A DNA stretch of 63,848 nt, counting the filler, from Octopus bimaculoides (lineage: Eukaryota), in NCBI RefSeq assembly GCF_001194135.2. It is 5 parts of 5 records of this genome, joined end to end, with 100 filler letters (N's around TTAATTAATTAA, not from the genome) between each part and the next. Parts side by side here need not be neighbours in the genome. Positions count along the whole stretch, not along the records: positions 41,127 to 60,412 come from NC_068993.1; positions 60,513 to 63,848 come from NC_068983.1; 3 more parts are not named here. The stretch is one strand, 5' to 3'. The position numbers and the translations under genes are program-made. The notes beneath the pieces were generated by a model that was given only the letters and a program-made list of their open reading frames with translations, was not told the origin of the DNA and did not search any database. This document shows, in pieces, positions 52,487-63,848 of this stretch. The stretch's first letter is position 1, and each line of letters opens with the position of its first letter.

Positions 52487-52865
52487 GGAGGCGCAATGGC
52501 TCAGTGGTTAGGGGCAGCGAACTCGCGGTCATAGTGTCACGGATTCGATTCCCAGACCGGGCGTTGTGAGTGTTTATTGAGCGAAAACACTTTAGGCGGC
52601 ACGAAGCTCCGGCAGGGGGTGGTGGTGAACCCTGTTGTACTCTTTCACCACAACTTTCTCTCACTCCTTCTTCCTGTTTCTGTTGTACCTGTATTTCAAA
52701 GGGTCATCCTTGTTACACACTGTATCACGCTGAATCTCCCCGAGAACTACCTTAAGGGTACACATGTCTGTGGAGTGCTCAGCCACTTGCACGTTAATTT
52801 CACGAACAGGCTGTTCAGTTGATTGGATCAACTGGAACCCGCGTCATCGTAACCGACGGAGTGCC
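52487..52865 (+). mobile_element. SINE family A, full length
   Basis: Homologous to 3783-4219. Confidence 0.9.
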
Positions 52866-52875
52866 GTAGTGTATA

Positions 52876-53260
<385 letters not shown>

Positions 53261-53609
53261 TTATGTATATATACATGTATGTGTGTGTGCATACGCAAAC
53301 ATACATGCACGCATTCATACCTAACCACATACATTATCCTGTATATCTCTCTCGACGTCTCTACATCTATATTTACTTGTTAAAATAAGACAACTACTAC
53401 GATATAAAAATTTTTCAGCCTCCCCCCCCTTCTGCCAATCCTTATTCATAATAATGTTCTTCTGTTTCCATGGTTAACCATACAGCGTTGTGTTCACGCT
53501 CGACTGCACCCTTGCGTGAGTTCCCATAGTTTCTCTTCATTGAAGGGGACAACTGATTATATTTATCAATTAGCTTGATTAGGTTGATTCAGCACCTGTC
53601 CAAAACAAT

Positions 53610-53647
<38 letters not shown>

Positions 53648-53707
53648 CGTGTATCAGTGTGCGTGCGTGTGTGCATCTGAGTCTCTCTATATTCATATAT
53701 GTGTGAA

Positions 53708-53763
<56 letters not shown>

Positions 53764-54825
53764 TTCACACACATTTATATATATATATATATATATATAC
53801 ACGCACACATATATATATGCATGTATATATATATTTATTTATATATAGATATGTATGTATGTATATATGAATGTATGTATCTATGTATTTATATATGAAT
53901 GTATGTATATATATACTCACATATTTACACATATATACCTATAAATCAATATGAGAATATACACACACGCACATATATATATGAATACATATATATACAT
54001 ATAAACACGCATCTATATATACATATACACTTGTATGTGTACAATATATGTAAATCTGTGTACTTNNNNNNNNNNNNNNNNNNNNNNNNNNNNNNNNNNN
54101 NNNNNNNNNNNNNNNNNNNNNNNNNNNNNNNNNNNNNNNNNNNNNNNNNNNNNNNNNNNNNNNNNNNNNNNNNNNNNNNNNNNNNNNNNNNNNNNNNNNN
54201 NNNNNNNNNNNNNNNNNNNNNNNNNNNNNNNNNNNNNNNNNNNNNNNNNNNNNNNNGTATATATGTAATTTTTTGTTAATCCAATACCTGGCGAACATGA
54301 CGAATATACACCTAGTATGCTTGTGGTTAAATACTTAATAAATCTGAGTAAAATTAAAGTATACAGTGATAACATAATAATATATGTGTAGTTAAGTGAA
54401 TATAAGATTTAAAGATGGTGACCACTTGCATATTTTAAAATACAGTGTGTTTAATTAGTCAAATTCTTAACAGAGCGTAGACATGAATAATAACACAAAC
54501 ATGTCTTAATAAATCATATATATATGTGTGTACGTGTGTGTGTGTGTGTGTGTATGTGTTTGGTTATGTCTGTGTGAGTGTTTTATGGGAGAGGGATGTA
54601 TGTTCATCGATATTTATATAAACATAGACATTTTAGTGGTGTATGCACAAGATGGCGCTCTTGAGTGTACTGACAAAACATTTATGTGTCTTCATTGTGT
54701 GTATGTTTTAAAAAGTTTGTGTGGATGTGTATGTATATAAATCAAATGAATTTGTATAAAGCAGGATAAACATTTACTAATATATTCGTATGTATCTTTA
54801 TATGGTGCGTGTTTGTCAATTGTAT

Positions 54826-54870
<45 letters not shown>

Positions 54871-54880
54871 NNNNNNNNNN

Positions 54881-54922
<42 letters not shown>

Positions 54923-55178
54923 GTAGACATATGTACACATACACATATACACACACATGCATAACAATATCTGTGTGAATATGATTTTGTGTGTATCTAC
55001 TTCGGCAGGATTTTTTGTGTGTATGCGTGTCTGTATGTTTACGAAGACAGACTGAGACACGATCACACAATCATATAAAGATAGAAATGTAGCGGGGGAG
55101 GGATTACGGCCAGTAGAATACCTGTATGAATCACAATAACCACCACTGGGACACTAATCAATAGAAAAGAAATCCTAG

Positions 55179-55179
<1 letters not shown>

Positions 55180-55211
<32 letters not shown>

Positions 55212-55277
55212 CTATTATTAGTATTATTGTTGTTGTCCTTGTCGTTGTTATTATCAATATTATTATTGTTATTGTTA

Positions 55278-55339
<62 letters not shown>
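55180..55339 (+). repeat. (CAT)n and (ATT)n microsatellites
   Basis: Direct reading. Confidence 0.9.
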
Positions 55340-55746
55340 TAACCCGCCGCCGCAAACACCACCGTTACCCCTACCCTCTAACTTTCATAATTCGTCCCTG
55401 AATGCTGCAAAGAACCGCGCTTGGCGGTCCGGGACCGCTTTGTTTTCTGAGTCGATTTAATTGGAGACCATTGAGCTGGCGAGAATTAGACAAGCTGTAA
55501 ACTCTGTATGAGTTAACTATAATGTTTGAAGGACAGCTGAGCGATCTATCAGATGATATACTGCCATTCAACTGGCGTACGTATTAGTATTCCATTCTTG
55601 ACAATCTACGCAGACAAACAGGAACGCAAACACGCACATACACACGCATAAACACATACACACACATACACTCACACACACTTGTACACACACACACACA
55701 CAAGCATAATGCCGTTTCTTTGTTCGTATATGTGAATATGTATATC

Positions 55747-55804
<58 letters not shown>

Positions 55805-56649
55805 TAATGCCCTGATGCAGTACCAGGCAGTGGCTCTCATGGTTTCTTATCTTAACTGATTCGATGTGTTATCATGTACATTGTTTTGTCTTGGTATAAA
55901 AGATGGGCTACAGTAAATATTCTGCTCAATACCACAGATTTGTTTCAATAAGGTCTCTTCTGTTGCATGCATTCAGGCCACAAATCTGGTCTGTAGATAT
56001 TTACATCTACAAGATTCGAAGGCCCTGAAAAAGTGACATGTTCGCTGACCTCCGGCCAAGCCTGGGTAAAATGAATAGATCAGACATTCTGAATATGAGG
56101 CTTTTGTTCAAAATGGGTTCCGAATCTAAGATTTTTTTTTCTCTTTTCTCTTTCGCGTTAAAATTTAATTCTTTCTAAAATATAAGAAACAAGTATAAAC
56201 GTTGCTTCTATAAATATGTAAATTAAATAACTTCTTGATAACAGGTCTACTACCGTTGCTTTAACTCAGTCTTAGATTAATAATAGAAAAAAATCTTTAA
56301 AACACTATTAAATATTTATGCATTAGATATTAGATATTACCGCTGTGGCTATTTAACGCCAGCTTAACTTTGATCAAACCGACCACATATGTTCAAAAGA
56401 GTTCCAGATATAATCATTGGTTACGGTCTTTATTTTTCTCAGTTGTTAATTTTCAGATATTCTGGATCCAGGACTTAATGATTTAATAATTCTTTCTAAA
56501 TAAAAGACATTAAGATGCGATTTGAACTATTTTGTTACTACTTTTCGCAGCTCAATCGATTGCAGAGAAGTTCTGTAGCTGTTCTTATTATTGGTTAGCT
56601 CTAAGGCATCTCTTTATAAACTAACAGATCATTAACTGGTCTAATAATA

Positions 56650-56994
56650 CAGTTCTATATTTAAGAGATGAGGAATTATGTACATTGTTTACATTTGACG
56701 GATATTTGTCATCATCTTGTTTGTTGTTAACACAACGCCATACGCCCACGGGCATATGGCGTAGTGGTTAAGAGCGCGGGCTACTAACCCCAAGATTCTG
56801 TGTTCGATTCCAGGCAGTAACCTGAATAATAATAATAATAATAACATCAAGAAATATCTTCGGAATGAGAACCCAGGTTCGAAATTTCCCCCAGACACCT
56901 GATGAAGGCTGGAGGGTATATCAGCCGAAACGTTGTGTTAACAAGGAACAAGATGAGGAAAAATATCCGTCAAATGTAAGCAATGTAAATAATG
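56650..56994. mobile_element. tRNA-headed SINE-like element with hammerhead ribozyme and inverted partial copy
   Basis: 13-bp TSD TGGTCTAATAATA at 56637-56649 and 56995-57007. A box 56757-56767, B box 56802-56810. Inverted arms 56681-56737 and 56931-56987 match at 52/57. Confidence 0.8.
56894..56939 (+). ncRNA. Minimal PLE-type hammerhead ribozyme candidate
   Basis: GACAC-CTGATGA-A-GGCTG-loop-CAGCC-GAAAC-GTT-GTGTT. Stem I 5 bp, stem II 5 bp, palindrome ACGT, predicted cleavage after 56934. Confidence 0.7.
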
Positions 56995-57140
56995 TGGTCT
57001 AATAATAGTCATTGCCACGTCATTTATATTTCATTAGGTTTCGTGTGCGTAGGACTGCATTACCCGCTGCACCCTTCATTTCTTTTTAAATCGTAGGCTG
57101 CAATTTGACGTACATTTGGCTGCTATTTCTAGCAGATATA

Positions 57141-57607
57141 AAATTGGAGAGCTGGCAGAATCGTCAGAACGTTGGTAAAAATGATTTGCAGCATTTGTTC
57201 TTTCGCTTTACATTTTCAATTCAGATCGCACCAGGGTCAACTTTGATTTTTCGTCGTTTTAGGCTCGTTAAATAAAATACTAATTGAGTACTGCAGTCGA
57301 AGTAATTGACTAACCGCTACCCTCGAAATAACAAAATTTATTCCTAAATATAAGAAACAATAATATTGGTTTCAAAGTTTGGCACGAGGCCAACAATTTC
57401 GGGGTAATGGGGTAAGTCGATTAAATAGACCTCAGCGTTTCACCGAAACTTCTTTTAGTGACCTCTATAGGATAAAACGGCGGAAGTTGAACGAAGGATG
57501 TAAAGCAAAGTCAACCGTAGCGGAACTTTGAACTCAGAACGTAAAAACGGACGAAATGTCGCTAAGCATTTTGCCCGGTGTGCTAACGATTCTGCCAACT
57601 CTCCGTT
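57141..57607. mobile_element. Two SINE family C copies, tail-to-tail
   Basis: 57141-57350 (+, diverged) and 57366-57607 (-). Confidence 0.8.
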
Positions 57608-57863
57608 TTATTAGAAACAATATTATTACACTTAAATATAAGGCGATAATTATTGCTGATCACAAGACGTAAATATCATGGATGGGAGATCTTATCTCGT
57701 AGATGAACAACCTCAAAGAATTAGGAAAGTAATAGAATGTTCGACCAGGTCTTGAAAGTCTCCAGAACTGGATTTTTATGTTGGTGCCATTTGTCAATAA
57801 TATTCAGTCGGGTTCAATTGTAGCCAATAGTACACCGTACTCTGACCGACAGTCGAAACAAGA

Positions 57864-57918
<55 letters not shown>
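57864..57918 (+). repeat. (TAA)n microsatellite
   Basis: Direct reading. Confidence 0.95.
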
Positions 57919-57939
<21 letters not shown>

Positions 57940-58907
57940 CGATGAAAGTAGCAGCTTCCACATTAACAATGCATTGAATATTTAAGAACTGTTAGCAATA
58001 AACCGTAGAATTCTGTATCAAAGCAAAAACTTTAGACAAAAATAAAAATTAAAAAACACGGGAAACGGTTTAAAAAAAAAACTCATGAATTGTTGAAAAC
58101 TTTACAAAGAGCACACATGTGTATCACAATGTGTAATAGAATGCGTATAAAGGTGTGTAATATACGTTTTAAATACACATATACGTTTGTTTGTGTGTAT
58201 GCATGCGTCTTTTTCTGTCACACAAAAAAAACAGTATATGTTGCCTTATGTCACACACATGCAGAAAAAAATGGCAAAATAAGCTGCGTGATATATGCAA
58301 TAAAACACGTGTGTGTGTGTTTGTGTTTTTCTCTGTGTGTGGTTGGATATAAATGTATAAATATATAAACAATATATCGAATTGCGGAAGAAGGTTAAAA
58401 ACGACTTAGTTTATTGTTTTTCATTCAGTTTTCACTTTCCTACAGCATTTTTGTCACTTTTTCGTATTTATCAAAAATATTTTTCTTCTTTTATGTTTTT
58501 AATCGTAGTCCTCTCAGAAGATGACATTATTAGAAGAAATGTGACAAATACGCTCAACTAAGCAAGTTGGCGATTTACTTAAACGATATACTAAATGTAG
58601 TTTTTCTTAAAAAAAAAAAAAAGAAAAAAGAAAAAAAGAAACATTTAGAAATGTTTTTTTTTTAATCCAACCATACGCGTTTCTGTATGAGGATATGAGT
58701 GTGTATACAAACATACATAGAGTTTCACATATAAATATGTATGTAGAAAATATATGCGTGTGTGTGTCTTTTGATGAGTGAATATTTATGCATATTTGTA
58801 TGTGTGTATAATATATATATTATAAAATACGTATACTTAGATATATGTGATGCATATACTTATGTATGGACATGTAATCTCTCTCTCTGTCTCTCTCTCT
58901 CTCTCTT

Positions 58908-58954
<47 letters not shown>

Positions 58955-60355
58955 AGCAACTTTAATTGCAAATCTGTGAGTTGTCAGCTGATCGAAATTT
59001 CTTTTGATTTCAGTGTAGGGCGATGTCAATAAACCCATTTTATTTTTATTTAATATATTGTCTAACCTTTGTCGTCTATATTAGCTACATACATGCTCGA
59101 AGCTTGCTAAGTTCCTACATTTGTGTCCCTGGATCGTGCTTACCTAATTCTACTTCACACACACACACACACAGATATGAACAGAGTGTCTCGTAAATAT
59201 ACATGGCCCAACTTGTATAAAATATGTTGCTGTTATGAAAACATTAAAAAAAAACAGCAGTTAAAGGGTTCCTTTATTAATGAGCGAGAGAAAATCGCAA
59301 GGTAATATTTGTGTCACCATTGTCTTCTAAAACTACTAGAACTGTGTCTGGATGTGTTCCTTGGTATAAACTTTTACAAGCTAACAATATGCCTTGGTAC
59401 ATTGAGTGAAACATGGAGGAAACACTGAATTGCAATAACATGAAATTTATTGGTGTAAATAGGGACGTTATTCAAACTTGGCAGCGCCATCGCATCATCA
59501 GCCGTAAATTCGAGAAACTCTTCCTAATATGTATGCATTGAAATAGCGAAATGCGAAAAAATCAGTCGTGTTGAGATATTTTGACACATCGGATGACTTC
59601 CAACGTCGCATATCACCAGCGTTGCAGCAAAGTCCGCCGAAAATCTTTCATTAATTTACGACATGGTGTACTGACAGTCGGTGAATATTTCGGTCTAGTT
59701 ACTGTCACACAGTTTCATCCACCCTACTTTAATCTACAGTTACATTAATGTCTCTACTCACTTAAGTCATTCAACGTATTTCCGAATTGTCCGACCCCTT
59801 GCTTGTGCGCTCCCTGTTTCATAATAGATAATTTTATAACCAATTCCGTTTTGAATTTTCTTTAGGATTTTGAATTATGCTTTAGGATTTTCATCAACTC
59901 TATCAATCTCCATTGATCTATGATGTATAATGCAAAACTAAAACCTGCCGATCAATACAAATTTCAGGGCAACACGAGTTATGTTGCACTGCGTAAAAGA
60001 AAACAGATACAATTATCACAGTTCGTACTATGACACGGTGATGGACCCACGAGACTGACTCGAGTGTCAACAAATAATTATACATACTTTAGGCTACTTC
60101 GACATCGTTTGATTTCTGTGTCTCCGTGTGTAGTTTCAGACTTGAACGCAAATTATGATCTGATTATATCAAGAAGAAACGAAGACAGAATTATAAAATA
60201 AATCGGTTAAGTTATAATAAAATCGAAAAGAGTTTTTAGATGCAACTTAACATTACGAAAGCCTAGCTTTCACTAGTGGACCATTTGGAAGTGAATGAGT
60301 AATTATTGTACAAGCATTAGACTGACCATATATAACTAATGTACATAGATATGTA

Positions 60356-60394
<39 letters not shown>

Positions 60395-60574
60395 AATTAT
60401 ATATATATATATNNNNNNNNNNNNNNNNNNNNNNNNNNNNNNNNNNNNNNNNNNNNTTAATTAATTAANNNNNNNNNNNNNNNNNNNNNNNNNNNNNNNN
60501 NNNNNNNNNNNNTATATATATACGTATGTATGTATACATGTATATAATGTGTGTGTGTTTGCTTATGTCTATAT

Positions 60575-60770
60575 TTATGGGTGCTTGTATTCCTCTCCCG
60601 GTTAACAAACGGTGTTTATCACTTTAGTCCCCGCTACTTCGGTGTTCTTCAAAAATGGCCTATAGAATAAGTACGAGGTTGAAAAAGAAATTATGTATTG
60701 AGGTAGATTTGTTCGAGTAAATCCTTCAATCCGGTGAAGTGGCATGCTTGCAGTCATAAGGATAAAATAA
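60575..60770 (+). mobile_element. SINE family B 3' body, diverged
   Basis: GTCCCCGCTACTTCGG...ATAGAATAAGTAC...GTAAAT similarity. Confidence 0.55.
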
Positions 60771-61225
60771 GAAGAAAAAAAAACTATGTATTTATCTACA
60801 TAAATAGGCAGTTATACACACACATATACACACACATATTGAGGTAAACAACGTTGAAGACAAGTGTTGGATTTGTCCTGATAAAGGTAAGAAAGTTCAC
60901 TTGTATAAAGTTTTATCTAATGATGGTTTTCTACATGTTATGACGTAATCCTGTACGAGTGCATTAATAAAATTCATCCGTAAAGACTGTCGCAAGCCAT
61001 TTTTGTTTACATATATAGAAGTATGTATTTCTTTACATATATATGATGTGTGAGTGTATGTGTGTATATGTGTGTAGGTGTGTGTATGTGTTTATGTGTG
61101 TACGTACGAGTACGCATATGATTGTGTCTGCATGTGTGCCCTTTCAAGACAAAAGACTAGCTCATACGCCTTGCTTACGTTTAGTATTTGTGAAAATAAG
61201 GTTGTTTTAATATTGCTGATGCTTT

Positions 61226-61424
61226 AAGGTGGCTAGCTAGCAGAAACGTTAGCACGCCTGGCGAAATGCTTAGCGGTATTTCGTCTGACTTTACGTTCTC
61301 AGTTCAAATTCTGCCCAGGTCGACTTCACCTTTCATCCTTTCCGAGTCGATAAATTAAGTACCAATTGCGTACTGGGCTCGATCTAATCGACTTGCCCCC
61401 TCCCCCAAAATTTCGGACCTTGTG
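61226..61424 (+). mobile_element. SINE family C
   Basis: Matches the family C consensus up to CCTTGTG. Confidence 0.85.
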
Positions 61425-62137
61425 TCGTGAACAGTTGGAAGTTGATAGGGAACTTTTTTCGAAGGTCGTCACTAGTGACGAAAGCTGCTGCTACAGCTGC
61501 GACTCGGTAACGAAGCAGCAATCAAGTCAATGGATGCATTCGATGATACCCTCTCAAAAAACCGCGTCAAGTGAAGTCCAATGTCAAGACGATGCTCTTT
61601 TGATTCATCGATGCGAAAGGGTTTGTCTACATAAAATTTGTTCCTCCTTGTCCGACTCTTCACCAAACATTTTACTTGGCAGTTGTGAAGGATTTACGAC
61701 AGGCGGCGAGGCGAAAACACCCCGACTTGTGACAAAGTGGAGAGTGGTGGTTTCATCACGACAATGTGCCTGCGTATACCACCTTATGAATGAGACAGCT
61801 TTTGGCATGAAATGACATGGCTCCAATTACCCATCCTCATTATTCATCCGATCTTGCTCCTTGTGGCTTTTTGACTTTTTTGTTCTCCCGAATGAAAAAA
61901 AGTCCTTAAAGGAAAATGTTTTGCAGATGTGAAAGAAGTGAGGAATAAATCGATAAAGGAGTTAAAATTCATCATTTCACACGAGGTCTAGAACAGCATT
62001 GAACAGTGGAAAACGCTTCTAGACCGATGCATTGCTTCAAATGGAGAATACTTTGAAGGTGGTAAAAGTATAAAGAAGTAAAACCGAGTGAATAAAATAA
62101 TAATGCAAAATTACGGGTTCTTTTGGGTGCCCCCTCG
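61425..62137 (+). mobile_element. Mariner (DD34D-type) transposon 3' half, pseudogene
   Basis: VVTSDESC...HHDNVPAY...HPHYSSDLAPCGF...LDRCIASNGEYFEG across frameshifts. Right end GGGTGCCCCCTCG at 62137 is followed by TA. Confidence 0.85.
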
Positions 62138-63565
62138 TATATATACGGAAACTTAAAAGATAGAACAGGAAATATGAATCTGTATATTTTTATTATCCTT
62201 TATCGGCAGACATGTCACAAGAACCTAGAGTTACATCGGCAATCCACATAAGAACTACTGAGCAGGATAACTCTGTTTTAAGATTTATGAAGATTTGCAG
62301 TATTATTCGACCTTGCATTAGAATATACCTATAAATGTATTTTATGTATTACTGTTATAGTCGCCTTTACCACTTCAAATATAGAAGAATTATCCTAATG
62401 AACATTTCCCAGTCATTTTTTGTCGATGCATTCATGATTACTAAAATTCTGGGTTAAAGGTTACATTTTATAATTAAATCTAAAATGAAATTGAATTTTA
62501 ATTTAAATCTTTAATTGAAAATTTTTCTAATACAACTTTATTATTTGTTCTATAGAAACTATTTTCTGCTCTTTTATTTTATGCTGAATAGATTTTGTTA
62601 GTATTTCTCACATGCTCCTAGGATTTCCATATGTTCTCACTATTATTTTTCTCTTTTAGATCTAGTTAGCTACTGCAACTTTGCTATTTTTCTTTTATCG
62701 ATTAATTAGAGTTTATCTTTCAAGAGGTGATAGTTTGACAATTCTATTCATTGCACAACACACATTGGCACCATAAGGTCTTATCTGGCACTTTTTTTGC
62801 ACACAAAACGAAATCTCTGAAAATAAATGCCATTGGTCAATATCTTTAAATGTGTCTGATCAGGGAGAGCAATAAATCAAACAAACTAACACTCACATAC
62901 ACACGCATGCTCTCGCTCACACGTGCACATACACGCTGACATACACAAACACACACATTTACACACATACACACAACTAGCAGTGCTCGAATAAATATGC
63001 GTATAATAAAAGTAGACACAAGAAGACACGCATAATACAAGTATAGAGAAAAATAGGATACGAAAGAGAAAGAAATTGTAATCTAGCTTTTATACTTTAA
63101 ATTATAAAATAAAGAAAAACGAAAGAAACTTGGCGATTGTTTTAGAAAAATACTTCATCCTTAGACTGAAAATTTAGAAGGCCTTGTTTCTCTTCTGGAA
63201 GATATAGGTAAAATCATTTGTCATAGCCACTTTCAGATGGGACCAACCGACTTATATGACGGTTGGTCCCATACAGAAATACAACACAGTTGATGTGAAG
63301 ATCATACCCAGTTTGTAAAACAACATTGTTCGAGATAATTTCAGTTAAAACACAATGTAATGAAAAGCCAAGTGTCTTGTAATAGTGAACATATTCTTAG
63401 ACTAAAAATCAAAGGCGGCATTCAAGTAGGATGCGTACTCGCACCCAAACTCTATCTAATATAACTGAATGTAATGATATGATATAAAACAAATCAACCG
63501 TGGTGTCAAATGTGCGCAGAGAAAAAACACGCTAATACAGGTAAATAATAATAATAATAATAATC

Positions 63566-63597
<32 letters not shown>

Positions 63598-63848
63598 GTT
63601 TACAAACTATATAAAAAAAAAAAGAAATGGAACAAAATAGTAAGTACATATATTGAATAATTACGCATACACTTGAACGTGTACACAATGATATATACGT
63701 CTTGATACCCATAGAACTACACATGCATCTTAATGTTTACAGAACTACGTAAAAATCACAGGACACACTTACGGATACGAAAACACATATCACAAACGAA
63801 GCAAAACCAAAACTTTTTTTTTCTTTCTTCTTTGTTTATTTTCATTTT

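Noticed and set aside
55340-55571. GC-rich segment with a 66-aa ORF and repeated FNWR-like words
   Set aside because: In-frame stops on the plus strand, no recognisable domain or splice structure.
59380-59700. Possible very old Tc1/mariner C-terminus on the minus strand (LNTTDFF)
   Set aside because: Only a few residues match SPDLNPxDFF, which is not supportable without a profile search.

Overview
AT-rich, repeat-saturated eukaryotic sequence with many N gaps. The SINE families and very high microsatellite density suggest a coleoid cephalopod (Octopus-like) draft assembly; this is inference. No intact protein-coding gene is recognisable, and most supplied ORFs are microsatellite or N-gap artefacts. 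The window holds three abundant tRNA-headed SINE families (labelled A, B, C here) and fossil coding fragments of hAT, mariner, maT-like Tc1/mariner, Penelope-like (PLE, two copies), CR1/L2, HERO/NeSL-like and possibly RTE elements. It also holds a Merlin-like MITE with an 8-bp TSD and internal TTAGGG repeats, a Helitron-like element and a ~310-bp foldback palindrome. The most notable signal is a set of about nine minimal hammerhead-ribozyme motifs of the PLE type (CUGANGA...GAAA with palindromic stem III). The best case is a TSD-flanked element at 56650-56994 that joins a Pol III tRNA-like head to an intact-looking hammerhead, arranged head-to-head with a deleted inverted copy of itself. It is a candidate ribozyme-bearing SINE mobilised by Penelope-like elements.
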